NCBI GenBank assembly: GCA_018400015.1
Contig: JAGYNB010000001.1
Location: forward strand, 328,321 to 392,320
DNA length: 64,000 bases
Direction: 5' to 3'
Source of the DNA: Candidatus Omnitrophota bacterium
GTDB taxonomy: Bacteria; Omnitrophota; Gorgyraeia; Gygaellales; Gygaellaceae
The notes under the pieces were generated by a model. That model did no database searches. It had not been told where the DNA came from and worked only from the letters and a program-made list of their open reading frames with translations. The position numbers were made by a program, and so were the translations under genes. Below, in pieces: positions 31,045-41,722 of the stretch (its first letter is position 1; every line of letters begins with the position of its first letter).

Positions 31045-31917
31045 ATGAAAGTCTGTTTTGATGGGAAATTGGTTGATTCTAACAGTGCGAAGATTTCAAT
31101 TTTTGACCATGGTCTTCTTTATGGTGATGGGGTTTTTGAAGGAATTCGCGCTTATAATTGTTTGATTTTTAAACTGAAAGAGCATATAGAACGTCTTTTT
31201 GCTTCAGCAAAAGCAATTCAGCTGGAGATGCCGGTTTCCAAAAGAAAACTCAGCGATTATGTTGCAGCAACATTAAAGACCAATAAGCTCAAAGATGCCT
31301 ATATCCGTTTGGTGGTTACCAGAGGAGTTGGTGATTTGGGTTTAGATTATAGAAAATGCAAACAGGCAACGTTTTTTATAATTACTGATAAGATTGCTCT
31401 TTATCCCGACCAGTTTTACAAAAAAGGCATGGAGATTATTACTGTTGCCACAAGGCGTAATACTCCTGAAGCGTTAAATCCGCAGATAAAGTCTTTAAAC
31501 TATCTTAATAATATTTTAGCTAAGATAGAAGCAGTAAATGCAGGAGTTGAAGAAGCAATAATGTTAAATCAGAATGGTTTTGTTACTGAGTGCAGCGGAG
31601 ATAATATTTTTATGGTTAAAGGCAGTAAATTGTTTACTCCGCCTGTTTTTATGGGTGTTTTAGAAGGCATTACTAGAGATTGTGTGATGGATATTTCTTT
31701 GAAAAGCGCCCTAACATCAGAGGAAAAGGTACTTACGCGTTATGATCTTTATAATGCAGATGAAGTATTTTTAACCGGCACTGCCGCCGAGATTATTCCG
31801 GTTGTAAAAATTGACGGAAGGGTTATTAATGACGGTAAACCTGGAGCACATACGGCAGAATTGATGAAAGAGTTTAAAAAGCTTACCAAAACAGAAGGGG
31901 TTAGGTATGCTTTGTGA
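31045..31917 (+). CDS. Class IV (fold type IV) aminotransferase: branched-chain amino acid or D-amino acid aminotransferase
   Basis: 290 aa; FDHGLLYGDGVFEGIRAY N-terminus typical of IlvE/DAAT; GGAGG RBS. Confidence 0.75.
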   Translation: MKVCFDGKLVDSNSAKISIFDHGLLYGDGVFEGIRAYNCLIFKLKEHIERLFASAKAIQLEMPVSKRKLSDYVAATLKTNKLKDAYIRLVVTRGVGDLGLDYRKCKQATFFIITDKIALYPDQFYKKGMEIITVATRRNTPEALNPQIKSLNYLNNILAKIEAVNAGVEEAIMLNQNGFVTECSGDNIFMVKGSKLFTPPVFMGVLEGITRDCVMDISLKSALTSEEKVLTRYDLYNADEVFLTGTAAEIIPVVKIDGRVINDGKPGAHTAELMKEFKKLTKTEGVRYAL

Positions 31918-32434
31918 TATATGCCATAAGATCGAAGCAACTGTCCATCTGACTGAGATAGTTGACGGACAAATTACCGAACTTCATCTATGTGAACATT
32001 GTGCTAAACAAAAGAGTATGCAGATGGAGCAGCAGTTTGGTTTGTCTGATTTACTTGCGGGGTTAGTTGATTTCGGAAAGGGCGTTGAAGAAAAAGAAGA
32101 TCTAAAACAGAAATGCCCGAATTGTAAACTTACCTATAGGGAGTTTAAGAAAATCGGCCGGCTTGGCTGCAGCCAATGTTACACTACTTTTAAAAGATAT
32201 TTAGAGCCTCTTTTAAAAAGTATTCACGGTGCAAATCAGCATTTAGGGAAAATGCCTTTAGGCTGCGGGTTAAAAGTAAAGTCTTTAAGTCAGGTAAAAG
32301 AAAAAAATAGCTTAGAGGATTTGAAAAATAAGCTGCAGGCGGCAATTTCTAAAGAAGAGTTTGAAAAAGCAGCAGTAATAAGAGATCAAATAAAGGATTT
32401 GGAGAAAAAACACAAGGCCAAGGATAAGAAATGA
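31907..32434 (+). CDS. mcsA: McsA-like activator of protein arginine kinase (zinc-finger + UVR motif)
   Basis: Two CxxC pairs at the N-terminus (CDICH...CEHC; CPNC...CSQC); C-terminal UvrB/UvrC-like motif (EEFEKAAVIRDQIKDLE); immediately upstream of mcsB-clpC. Confidence 0.65.
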   Translation: MLCDICHKIEATVHLTEIVDGQITELHLCEHCAKQKSMQMEQQFGLSDLLAGLVDFGKGVEEKEDLKQKCPNCKLTYREFKKIGRLGCSQCYTTFKRYLEPLLKSIHGANQHLGKMPLGCGLKVKSLSQVKEKNSLEDLKNKLQAAISKEEFEKAAVIRDQIKDLEKKHKAKDKK

Positions 32435-33483
32435 CAGTTAATGAGTTATTAAATCATACCAGCGAATGGTTGAAAGGTGCGGGGCCGAATTCAGATATAG
32501 TTATATCCAGCCGCATCAGATTGGCGCGCAATATTGAAAATAAGCCTTTTCCGCATTGGGCGAATAAAAAAGATTCAAAAGATCTTCTTGAGGAAGTGGC
32601 TAAAGTATACAAGGATATAAATTTCTTAAAGAGCTTAACTTTGCTGCGTTTAAATGAGATAGATAACCTTGATAAGCAGTTTTTAATAGAGCGTCATCTT
32701 ATGAGTCATGAACATGCTCTTGACTCAGAGGCTAAGGCTTTGCTGGTTGACCCCGAAGAAGTTCTTTCAATTATGGTAAACGAAGAAGATCATATCCGTA
32801 TGCAGGTTATGCAGTCAGGTTTTAATTTGAATGGCGCTTTTGATATAATCGATAATATTGATAATGCATTGTCGGGCAAGATTAAATTCGCCTTTAATAA
32901 AGAATGGGGTTATCTTACAGCCTGTCCTACCAATACAGGAACTGGTATGAGGGGTTCGGTAATGCTGCATCTGTCAGGTCTGGTGATGATGCAACAGATC
33001 AATAGGGTTTTGCAGGCAATCAACAAGCTTGGATTTACTACAAGGGGACTTTATGGCGAGGGTACCAAAGCATATGGGAATTTCTTTCAGATTTCTAATC
33101 AGTATACTTTGGGGAGAAACGAGCAAGAAATAGTAGATAATATAAATGGAGTAATTCAGCAGGTTATTGAGCAGGAGCAGTTGGCAAGGCAAACGATTAT
33201 AAAACAGCATAATCTAATGCTGCAGGATAGGGTTTGGAGGAGTCTGGGAATCTTGAAGAATGCATTTTTGATTACCAGCCAGGAAACAATTGAACATTTA
33301 TCAGTTGTAAGACTGGGTATAGAACTTGGTATTATAAAAAATGTTGGCAGAAATGCAGTAAATGAATTATTTATTCTTACTCAGCCGGCACACTTACAGA
33401 AGATTGAAAATAGAAAACTTACCCATGCCGAAAGAGATCAAAAAAGAGCGGATTTAATAAGAGAAAAACTAACTAAAAATTAA
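32431..33483 (+). CDS. mcsB: Protein arginine kinase (ATP:guanido phosphotransferase family)
   Basis: Phosphagen-kinase catalytic motif CPTNTGTGMR; 350 aa; between mcsA and clpC. Confidence 0.8.
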   Translation: MTVNELLNHTSEWLKGAGPNSDIVISSRIRLARNIENKPFPHWANKKDSKDLLEEVAKVYKDINFLKSLTLLRLNEIDNLDKQFLIERHLMSHEHALDSEAKALLVDPEEVLSIMVNEEDHIRMQVMQSGFNLNGAFDIIDNIDNALSGKIKFAFNKEWGYLTACPTNTGTGMRGSVMLHLSGLVMMQQINRVLQAINKLGFTTRGLYGEGTKAYGNFFQISNQYTLGRNEQEIVDNINGVIQQVIEQEQLARQTIIKQHNLMLQDRVWRSLGILKNAFLITSQETIEHLSVVRLGIELGIIKNVGRNAVNELFILTQPAHLQKIENRKLTHAERDQKRADLIREKLTKN

Positions 33484-33495
33484 AGGAGTCAGTAT

Positions 33496-35919
33496 ATGTT
33501 TAGCCGTTTTACAGAAAGAGCAAGGAAAGTAATAATATTAGCCAAAGAAGAAGCGCGTAGATTTAATCATGATTATATCGGGACAGAACATGTTCTGTTA
33601 GGGCTTATTAGAGAAGGTGAAGGTGTTGCCGCAGCGGTTTTACAGAAAATGGGTCTTAGTCTTGAGAACATTCGTCTTGAGGTGGAAAAATTAGTCCAGC
33701 CAGGACCGAGCACTCAGATCTTAGGGGATATTCCTTTTACTCCCAGAGCAAAAAAGGCATTGGAATTGGCTGCAGAAGAAGCACGTGCATTAGGACATAA
33801 TTATATCGGAACAGAGCATCTTTTGTTAGGGCTTATTAGAGAAGGTGAAGGAATTGCTTCACAGGTTCTTTTAAATTCCAGTTTAGACTTGGACCGTGTT
33901 AGAAATGAAGTAATGCATCTTTTAGGTTCAAGTATCCCTGGATTTGGACAGCAGCAACAGGCTAAAGGGAAGACTCCGGCACTGGATGCTTTTGGCAGAG
34001 ACTTAACCGTGCTTTCTAAGGAAGGAAAATTAGATCCGGTTATAAACCGTAGAAAAGAAATCGAACGCGTAATTCAGGTTTTATCAAGACGAACAAAGAA
34101 TAACCCAGTGCTTTTAGGTGAAGCCGGAGTAGGTAAAACTGCAATTGTTGAGGGTTTAGCCCAGGCAATTATTGCTGATACAGTTCCCGAGATTTTACGT
34201 AATAAAAGAATAATTGTGCTTGATCTGGCTTTAATGATTGCGGGGACAAAATACCGCGGCCAGTTTGAAGAACGTATTAAAGCTGTCATGGAAGAAATTA
34301 AGCGTTCGCAAGACGTAATTGTTTTTATTGATGAATTGCATACTTTAATCGGCGCAGGTGCTGCAGAAGGTGCGATTGACGCCTCCAATATTTTAAAGCC
34401 CGCTCTTTCAAGAGGTGAGATTCAGTGTATTGGCGCAACGACATTGGATGAATATAGAAAACATATAGAAAAAGATGCAGCGTTAGAAAGAAGATTCCAG
34501 ACAATATTGGTTGAGCCGCCAACAGTTCCTCAGACTGTAGAAATCCTAAAAGGCTTAAGGGAAAAATACGAGTCTCATCATAAAGTTGATTTCACAGATG
34601 ACGCTTTAGAGGCTGCATCGAAATTATCAGAGCGTTATATTACAGGAAGATTCTTGCCGGATAAGGCAATCGATTTAATCGATGAGGCTGGTTCGCGTGC
34701 GAGATTAAGTGTTTTGACAATACCCACAGAGCTTAAGACATTAGAAGAAAAGGTTAGCGATTTTAAAAAACAAAAGGAAGTATTTATAAAGAACCAGGAT
34801 TTTGAGAAAGCAGCCCATTTGCGTGACCAGGAGCGTCAGGCCAGGGATGAACTGGAAAAGGCCAATAAAGCCTGGCAGGCTCAGAAAGAGAAAATTAGGC
34901 CAAAGGTTACGGAAAAAGAAATCGCTGATATAGTTTCTCAATGGACAGGTATTCCTATATTTCGTTTAGAACAAAAAGATTCGGATAAGTTGATGAAAAT
35001 AGAGGATACGATCCATAAAAGGGTCGTTGGCCAGGATGAAGCGATAAAGGCAATTGCCCGGGCAGTAAGGCGTTCACGCGCAGGCATAAAAGATCCCAGG
35101 CGTCCGATCGGGTCGTTTATTTTCTTGGGACCCACAGGCGTAGGTAAAACTCTTCTTGCCAGAGCGTTGGCTGAATTTATGTTCGGTGACGAGAATGCTC
35201 TTGTTCAGATTGATATGTCCGAATATATGGAGAAATTTAATGTTTCTCGTCTGGTGGGTGCACCTCCGGGATATGTCGGATATGAAGAAGGAGGACAGCT
35301 TACGGAAAAAGTAAGACGCAGACCTTATTCAGTAATACTTTTAGATGAGATCGAGAAAGCCCATCCGGATGTATTTAATTTATTATTACAGGTTTTTGAG
35401 GACGGCAGGCTTACTGATAGTTTTGCACGTAAGGTTGATTTTCGCAATACTCTTGTAATTATGACTTCCAATGTAGGGGCAGAGATTGTCAGGCAAAAAG
35501 GTTCTTTAGGGTTTAAATCCCAGGACAGCGAAGTTACTTATCAGGATATGAAAGAGCGTCTTATGGATGAGGTAAAAAAGACGTTTAAGCCGGAATTTTT
35601 GAACAGAATTGATGATACTATAGTTTTTCGCCCATTAAGTAAAGAAGATCTGGAGAAAATAGTTGATCTTGAATTAGCGGAAGTATCAAATCGGCTTAAA
35701 GAACAAGGCGTGAATGTAGAACTTAGTAAGGAAGCAAAGAGTTTTTTGATTGAAAAGGGTTTTGATCCGACTTTTGGCGCGCGTCCTTTAAAAAGGACAA
35801 TCCAAAGATTCCTGGAGGATCCTTTAGCTGAAGAAATAATATCTTGTAATATTAAAGAAGGGGCAAAAATAAAAGTAGGTCATAAGAATAACGAGCTTAC
35901 TTTTAAGATTTCTTATTAA
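33496..35919 (+). CDS. clpC: ATP-dependent Clp protease ATP-binding subunit ClpC
   Basis: Duplicated Clp_N repeats, two AAA+ modules (GEAGVGKT, GPTGVGKT), UVR-like linker. Confidence 0.9.
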   Translation: MFSRFTERARKVIILAKEEARRFNHDYIGTEHVLLGLIREGEGVAAAVLQKMGLSLENIRLEVEKLVQPGPSTQILGDIPFTPRAKKALELAAEEARALGHNYIGTEHLLLGLIREGEGIASQVLLNSSLDLDRVRNEVMHLLGSSIPGFGQQQQAKGKTPALDAFGRDLTVLSKEGKLDPVINRRKEIERVIQVLSRRTKNNPVLLGEAGVGKTAIVEGLAQAIIADTVPEILRNKRIIVLDLALMIAGTKYRGQFEERIKAVMEEIKRSQDVIVFIDELHTLIGAGAAEGAIDASNILKPALSRGEIQCIGATTLDEYRKHIEKDAALERRFQTILVEPPTVPQTVEILKGLREKYESHHKVDFTDDALEAASKLSERYITGRFLPDKAIDLIDEAGSRARLSVLTIPTELKTLEEKVSDFKKQKEVFIKNQDFEKAAHLRDQERQARDELEKANKAWQAQKEKIRPKVTEKEIADIVSQWTGIPIFRLEQKDSDKLMKIEDTIHKRVVGQDEAIKAIARAVRRSRAGIKDPRRPIGSFIFLGPTGVGKTLLARALAEFMFGDENALVQIDMSEYMEKFNVSRLVGAPPGYVGYEEGGQLTEKVRRRPYSVILLDEIEKAHPDVFNLLLQVFEDGRLTDSFARKVDFRNTLVIMTSNVGAEIVRQKGSLGFKSQDSEVTYQDMKERLMDEVKKTFKPEFLNRIDDTIVFRPLSKEDLEKIVDLELAEVSNRLKEQGVNVELSKEAKSFLIEKGFDPTFGARPLKRTIQRFLEDPLAEEIISCNIKEGAKIKVGHKNNELTFKISY

Positions 35920-35921
35920 AG

Positions 35922-36752
35922 ATGAAATTCTTAGCTTCTAAATACATAAAATTCAGGGAAATAAAACATACCTTCAGGCCATTTCTAACAGCAAATAATC
36001 CTGTATTCATGTTCTTCGATTATGTTGGCAATCTTGTTATGCTTTTAGTTAATACGGTTATCTGGATTTTCAAGCCGCCCTATAAAAATGAAAGAATAAT
36101 TAGACAGTCAAAGAATATTGGTTTGGATAGTCTTCCCATTGTGAGTCTTGTGGCAGTTTTTACCGGTATGATACTGGCACTTCAAACCGCATACCAGATG
36201 CAGAAACTTTCATCTGAAATTTATATTGCAAATATCGTTGCCGTATCTTTAGTCAGAGAATTAGGGCCGGTATTGACCGCTTTGATCGTTGCCGGAAGAA
36301 ATGGTGCGGCAATTACTGCTGCAATCGGAACGATGAAAGTTACCGAACAGGTCGATGCTTTGTATACTTTTGCCGCAGACCCGGTAAAGTATTTAGTTGT
36401 GCCGAGATTCTTAGCTCTTGCAATAATGCTTCCTATACTTACGCTTTACTCCGACGTTGTAGGTATTATAGGAGGTTATTTTATATGTGTAAACCGGATG
36501 GGAATTCCGTCTAATCTTTATTTTTCTATGACATTTGACGCATTGCTTTTAAAAGATCTGTTTATAGGATTACTTAAGACTTTTGTTTTTGGTATGATTA
36601 TTGCAATTGTTGCCAGCTTTGAAGGTTTTCGTGTTGAAGGTGGAGCCGAAGGCGTAGGAAAAGCAACCACAAGTTCAGTCGTTAAGACTTTTATTTTAAT
36701 TATTGCTGCGGATTGTTTTTTTGCCGCATTATTTTATTTTATTATAAAATGA
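35922..36752 (+). CDS. mlaE: Phospholipid (Mla) ABC transporter permease
   Basis: MlaE/YrbE permease family (five TM helices, conserved ELGPVLTALIVAGR segment); followed by mlaF and mlaD. Confidence 0.8.
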   Translation: MKFLASKYIKFREIKHTFRPFLTANNPVFMFFDYVGNLVMLLVNTVIWIFKPPYKNERIIRQSKNIGLDSLPIVSLVAVFTGMILALQTAYQMQKLSSEIYIANIVAVSLVRELGPVLTALIVAGRNGAAITAAIGTMKVTEQVDALYTFAADPVKYLVVPRFLALAIMLPILTLYSDVVGIIGGYFICVNRMGIPSNLYFSMTFDALLLKDLFIGLLKTFVFGMIIAIVASFEGFRVEGGAEGVGKATTSSVVKTFILIIAADCFFAALFYFIIK

Positions 36753-37513
36753 TAGAACTTATTAATGTTGAGAAATCCTTTGGTAATCATAGAGTTTTAA
36801 ACGGCGCAACCCTAAAGATTAAAAAAGGCGAGACCAAAGCTATTATCGGGCGTTCTGGTTGCGGAAAATCCGTTTTGCTAAAACATATTGTCGGTATTTT
36901 AAAACCCGATAAAGGAGATGTTTTAGTTGATGGTGTTAATATTGCTAAGCTTAAATCAAAAGAAATAAACCAGGTGCGAAAGAATATCGGTATGGTTTTT
37001 CAAGGTGGAGCGCTTTTTGATTCTTTAAATGTGGCTGAAAACGTAGGTTTTAGTTATTTTGAGCATACTAAATTACCCAAAGAAGAGATTATGAAAAAGG
37101 TAGAAGATTCTTTATCTTTAGTCGAGCTTTATGGGATTGGTGCTTTAATGCCGTCAGAGTTAAGCGGCGGTATGAAAAAAAGAGTTTCTTTGGCGCGCGC
37201 GATCTGTTCAAGGCCTGAGATTATTCTTTATGATGAGCCGACTACAGGAGTAGATCCGATTACAGCAGCAGCGATAAATGAACTTATTAAAAATCTTCAT
37301 GATAGGTTGCAGGTTACATCAATCGTAGTTACACATGATATGACCAGTGCTTATTACGTAGCAGATAGTATATCCATGCTTTATCAGGGGAAGATTATTG
37401 CCGAAGGTACGCCAGAACAGATTCAAAATACGGATCATCCTGTGGTTAGACAATTTATTACTGGTGCTGCCGAAGGTCCGATAACAGAGAGTATTGATAC
37501 CGATCATCCATAA
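36749..37513 (+). CDS. mlaF: Phospholipid (Mla) ABC transporter ATP-binding protein
   Basis: Walker A GRSGCGKS, LSGGMKKR, Walker B ILYDEPTTGVDP. Start chosen at MIELINV (ATGA overlap with mlaE). Confidence 0.8.
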   Translation: MIELINVEKSFGNHRVLNGATLKIKKGETKAIIGRSGCGKSVLLKHIVGILKPDKGDVLVDGVNIAKLKSKEINQVRKNIGMVFQGGALFDSLNVAENVGFSYFEHTKLPKEEIMKKVEDSLSLVELYGIGALMPSELSGGMKKRVSLARAICSRPEIILYDEPTTGVDPITAAAINELIKNLHDRLQVTSIVVTHDMTSAYYVADSISMLYQGKIIAEGTPEQIQNTDHPVVRQFITGAAEGPITESIDTDHP

Positions 37514-37528
37514 AAAGGAGAATAAAAA

Positions 37529-38173
37529 ATGAATCCCAAAATAACTCTTGAATTTAAAGTAGGAGTTTTTGTTTTGGTTGGATTGGTAATTATGGTATTT
37601 ATGGTATTTTTTATAACCGATTTTCAGATCGTCCAGCCGAAATATAACGTAAAAATTATATTTAATTACGCTAACGGCGTGAAGAATAACTCTCCTTTAA
37701 GGATTGCTGGTGTGGATGCCGGAGAAATAAAAAACGTCAATGTTTTACCAACAAATGCAAATTCTGATAAGACATTGGTGGAGCTTGACGCATGGATAAG
37801 AAAGGATATTTTAGTTCCTCAAGATTCAAAGGTATTTATTAACACTTTGGGCCTTTTGGGTGAGAAGTATGTTGAGATTATGCCTGGGGTTGATTACGCT
37901 AATGTTATAAAAAGCGGTGAGTCTATTCGTGGGGAAGATCCTGTTCCAATGCATGATGTTGGTGTTATGATCCAGGACATGGCAAATGATTTAAAAAATG
38001 TTGTGGATAATATTAATAGTATCACCTCCAGTGTTGAAGGCGGAGAAGGTACAATCGGTAAATTATTAGCCAGTGAGTCAATTTATGAGAACCTCGATGA
38101 GTTGGTTTTGGATATAAAGAATAATCCTTGGAAGCTATTTTACAAAACAAGAGAGAAAAAAGTCAGCAAATGA
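37529..38173 (+). CDS. mlaD: MCE-domain periplasmic substrate-binding protein
   Basis: N-terminal TM anchor then MCE domain (LRIAGVDAGEI); 214 aa. Confidence 0.75.
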   Translation: MNPKITLEFKVGVFVLVGLVIMVFMVFFITDFQIVQPKYNVKIIFNYANGVKNNSPLRIAGVDAGEIKNVNVLPTNANSDKTLVELDAWIRKDILVPQDSKVFINTLGLLGEKYVEIMPGVDYANVIKSGESIRGEDPVPMHDVGVMIQDMANDLKNVVDNINSITSSVEGGEGTIGKLLASESIYENLDELVLDIKNNPWKLFYKTREKKVSK

Positions 38174-39543
38174 AAACCAAGCTTGTTTATACCTGTCAAA
38201 ATTGTGGTTATCAGTCTCCTAAATGGTTAGGCAGATGTCCTGATTGTGGGACGTGGAATAGTTTTCTAGAGGAAAATTATGCTCCGATTAAATCTTCCAA
38301 AGGAAGAAGCAGTACTTTTAAAGCTACAGATCCGGTTCTTTTAAGCGAAGTCGATATTGTTTCTAAGCAAAGGATAAAAGTCGGCATAGAAGAATTAGAC
38401 AGGGTTTTAGGCGGCGGTATAGTGCAGGGTTCGGTTATTTTAATCGGTGGAGATCCAGGTATTGGTAAATCCACCATAAGCCTGCAGATTTCTAATAATC
38501 TTGCCGCACTGGGCAAGAAAGTGCTTTATATAAGCGGTGAAGAGTCTGTTCATCAAACTAAATTGCGTGCAGATAGGCTTTCCGTTAAGGCAAAAGAAGG
38601 TTTATTTATTGTTAACCAAACCGATGTTTTGGTAATTATAGAGCTTATAAAGCGGCTGAAGCCTGATTTGGTTGTAATAGATTCAGTTCAGGTATTATTT
38701 AATTCTGATTTTAATTCAAGCCCAGGCAGTGTAACCCAGGTGAGAGAAAGCGCTCAAGCCTTAACTCATTTTGCCAAAAGCGAAGATACATCTTTAGTGA
38801 TAATTGGACACGTTACTAAAGAAGGCACATTGGCAGGTCCGCGTGTTTTGGAGCATATGGTTGATACGGTTCTTTATTTTGAAGGAGAAAGATATTCTTT
38901 ATATCGAGTGGTGCGGTCTGTAAAAAATCGTTTTGGCTCCACTAATGAAATCGGTGTTTTTGAGATGACTTCATCCGGGCTTAAAGAAGTCATTAACCCT
39001 TCGAAGATTTTTTTGTCTGAGCGTCCACAAGGGGTTTCCGGTAGTGCAATAAGTTGTATTATGGAAGGAACGCGTCCATTGTTGGTTGAAATTCAGTCCT
39101 TGGTATCAAAAAGTAATGTTGGTTTTGCCGGCAGGAAATGTCAGGGTATAGATTATAACCGGTTTTCTATTCTTATTGCGATATTAGAAAAGCGAATGGG
39201 TTTAAAATTGCATGATAAGGATGTGTTTTTAAATATTACCGGAGGTATAAAAGTTGTTGATCCGGCAATTGATTTGGCTGTCGCTGCCAGTATTATTTCC
39301 AGTTATTATGATAAAGTTATAAAAGAAGATATAGTTTTCTTGGGTGAACTTGGTCTTGCTTCGGAAGTAAGAAGCATAACCCAGATGATTTTAAGGGTTA
39401 ACGAAGCAGAAAAGCTGGGGTTTAATAATTGTATTTTGTCAGAAAATAATTTAAAAAATAAGCATCCGCATAAGAAAATTAACTTAACAGGAATTAATTT
39501 TTTAAAAGATATTTTAAAAATTATATGGAAGGATGGTAATTAA
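38170..39543 (+). CDS. radA: DNA repair protein RadA/Sms
   Basis: N-terminal C4 zinc finger (CQNCGY...CPDCG), RecA-like Walker A GDPGIGKST, KNRFG motif, C-terminal Lon-like domain. ATGA overlap start. Confidence 0.9.
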   Translation: MKTKLVYTCQNCGYQSPKWLGRCPDCGTWNSFLEENYAPIKSSKGRSSTFKATDPVLLSEVDIVSKQRIKVGIEELDRVLGGGIVQGSVILIGGDPGIGKSTISLQISNNLAALGKKVLYISGEESVHQTKLRADRLSVKAKEGLFIVNQTDVLVIIELIKRLKPDLVVIDSVQVLFNSDFNSSPGSVTQVRESAQALTHFAKSEDTSLVIIGHVTKEGTLAGPRVLEHMVDTVLYFEGERYSLYRVVRSVKNRFGSTNEIGVFEMTSSGLKEVINPSKIFLSERPQGVSGSAISCIMEGTRPLLVEIQSLVSKSNVGFAGRKCQGIDYNRFSILIAILEKRMGLKLHDKDVFLNITGGIKVVDPAIDLAVAASIISSYYDKVIKEDIVFLGELGLASEVRSITQMILRVNEAEKLGFNNCILSENNLKNKHPHKKINLTGINFLKDILKIIWKDGN

Positions 39544-40548
39544 ATGGGCATTATATTTATTAGATTACTTTTTATTCTAGGAAGTATTGTTATCGGTTTT
39601 TATTCTGCTGGTGATCCTTATAGCCTTTTCGGCGCGATTGCAGGGGGCGTGATTGGTATTTTGATTGTTGTTTTTGAAGTTGGTATGCGCAGGGTTTCTG
39701 TAAGGGGTCTTTCCAGTTCTGTTTTTGGCCTGATACTGGGATTAATTATGGCAAAACTTGTTGGTGATGCCTTTAGCCTTGCCCAGTTAGAACCGGAAAC
39801 ATTAAATATCGTGCGAGGGACCCTTACAATTGTTTTTTGTTATTTGGGTTTGCTTTTGGGTCTACGCGGAAGGGAAGAATTCAATTTGATTATTCCTTAT
39901 GTAAGACTTAAGAGGGAGAGTGCACCGGAAGATTTAGTGTTAGTAGATACAAGTGTTATTATTGACGGCAGAATAACAGATATCTGTAAAACTAACTTTG
40001 TCGATGCTAAATTGATTGTCCCGCGTTTTGTGTTAAAAGAGCTTCAGCAGATAGCTGATTCTACGGATTCGCTTAAAAGACAAAGAGGCAGAAGAGGCCT
40101 TGATATCCTGAATATTTTACAAAAAGACAGTTCAGTCAGCGTTAGCATAAGCGAGGAGGATTTTACAGATATAAATGAGGTTGATGCAAAGCTAGTGAGG
40201 CTTGCCAAGATATTATCGGCAAAGATACTTACGCTTGATTTTAACCTAAACCGCGTTGCTGATATTCAAGGAGTAAAGGTTCTAAATATAAATGAATTGT
40301 CGCTTGCATTGAAACCTGTAGTTTTTCCAGGCGAATTCTTGGAAATCAAACTTATTAAAGAAGGTAAAGAAGCCAATCAGGCTGTGGGTTATTTGGATGA
40401 TGGTACGATGGTGGTTGTAGAAAACGGCAGAAGGCATATAAACGAAACTTTAAAGGTTGCGGTTACTTCGTCTTTGCAGACTCAGGCAGGCAGAATGATA
40501 TTTGCTCGCATAGAATCAGAACATCAGACAAAACGCAGCCATAAGTAG
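39544..40548 (+). CDS. Membrane-anchored PIN + TRAM domain protein (YacL-like)
   Basis: Two N-terminal TM helices; PIN domain (LVDTSVIIDGRI acidic core); C-terminal TRAM-like beta domain. Position radA-[this]-ispD mirrors Bacillus radA-disA-yacL-ispD. Confidence 0.6.
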   Translation: MGIIFIRLLFILGSIVIGFYSAGDPYSLFGAIAGGVIGILIVVFEVGMRRVSVRGLSSSVFGLILGLIMAKLVGDAFSLAQLEPETLNIVRGTLTIVFCYLGLLLGLRGREEFNLIIPYVRLKRESAPEDLVLVDTSVIIDGRITDICKTNFVDAKLIVPRFVLKELQQIADSTDSLKRQRGRRGLDILNILQKDSSVSVSISEEDFTDINEVDAKLVRLAKILSAKILTLDFNLNRVADIQGVKVLNINELSLALKPVVFPGEFLEIKLIKEGKEANQAVGYLDDGTMVVVENGRRHINETLKVAVTSSLQTQAGRMIFARIESEHQTKRSHK

Positions 40549-40554
40549 CTGACA

Positions 40555-41238
40555 ATGAAAGTAGAAGCTATTGTTGTTGCAGCGGGTTCTGGCAGAAGAT
40601 TAAAGAGAAAAATTTCTAAGGCCCTGGTCAAGGTTTTAAACCTTCCGATAATTATCCATACGCTTAAAAAATTCTCTCTACATCCTTTAATAAATAGTAT
40701 TATTCTGGTTTGCAGAAAAGAGGATATTGCTAATATTTATTCTTTAGTAAGGAAACACAACATAAAGAAAATTAAGTTGTTGTGTGCAGGTGGTGAAAGA
40801 AGAATAGATTCAGTATATAATGGTATAAGCTGTTTAGATAAAAATACAGATATTGTCATAATTCACGACGGAGCAAGGCCGTTGATTGAAAGAAAGATTA
40901 TTACCAAATGTATTAAAAAAGCAAACTCTATGGGTGCTTGCGTTGTTGGGGTGCCGGTTAAGTCAACGATAAAAGAAGTTTCCAATAGCACTAATTTGAT
41001 TAAAAAGACTTTAGACAGGAATTTACTTTATTCAATACAGACTCCGCAGGTATTTAAAACAAGTATCATAAAAAAGGCTTTTGAGAAAAAAGCTAGATTT
41101 AACGCTACGGATGATTCTTTGCTCGTAGAAATGATTAATAAAAAAGTTGCATTGGTGGAAGGTAGTTATTCAAATATAAAGATAACTACTCCTGAGGATA
41201 TTTTTTTGGCTGAGAGATTGTTTAATAAGATGAATTAA
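40555..41238 (+). CDS. ispD: 2-C-methyl-D-erythritol 4-phosphate cytidylyltransferase
   Basis: AIVVAAGSGRR N-terminus, IHDGARP motif; 227 aa. Confidence 0.85.
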   Translation: MKVEAIVVAAGSGRRLKRKISKALVKVLNLPIIIHTLKKFSLHPLINSIILVCRKEDIANIYSLVRKHNIKKIKLLCAGGERRIDSVYNGISCLDKNTDIVIIHDGARPLIERKIITKCIKKANSMGACVVGVPVKSTIKEVSNSTNLIKKTLDRNLLYSIQTPQVFKTSIIKKAFEKKARFNATDDSLLVEMINKKVALVEGSYSNIKITTPEDIFLAERLFNKMN

Positions 41239-41240
41239 AG

Positions 41241-41720
41241 ATGAAATATAAAGTCGGTTTTGGCTATGACTTGCATCGATTGATAAAAGGTAAGAAATTT
41301 ATCTTAGGGGGTATTAATATTCCTTCAGGCATAGGCATGAAGGCTCATTCTGATGGAGATGTGTTATTGCATGCGGTATCAGATGCTATTTTAGGTGCGA
41401 TCGGATCATATGATATTGGGCAGCTTTTTCCGGATTCAAAAAAAGAGAATAAATCTTTAAATAGTGAAGTTATTTTAAGAAAGGCTTATTCTTTAATGAA
41501 GAATAAGGGTTTTTCTTTATGTAATATCGATACAGTTTTATTGCTTGAGAAACCAAAATTATCAAAGTATAAAAATAGGATTATTATTAATATTTCTAAG
41601 ATTCTAAAAATCGGTAAAGATAGGATTAACCTAAAGGCCAAGACGCAGGAAGGTCTGGGGTTGATTGGTAAACAGGCGGCAGTTGCTGCTTTTGCAGTAG
41701 TTTTAGTAGAAAGGAAGTAG
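41241..41720 (+). CDS. ispF: 2-C-methyl-D-erythritol 2,4-cyclodiphosphate synthase
   Basis: GxGYDxHRL opening and HSDGDV zinc-site motif; 159 aa. Confidence 0.9.
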   Translation: MKYKVGFGYDLHRLIKGKKFILGGINIPSGIGMKAHSDGDVLLHAVSDAILGAIGSYDIGQLFPDSKKENKSLNSEVILRKAYSLMKNKGFSLCNIDTVLLLEKPKLSKYKNRIIINISKILKIGKDRINLKAKTQEGLGLIGKQAAVAAFAVVLVERK

Positions 41721-41722
41721 AT

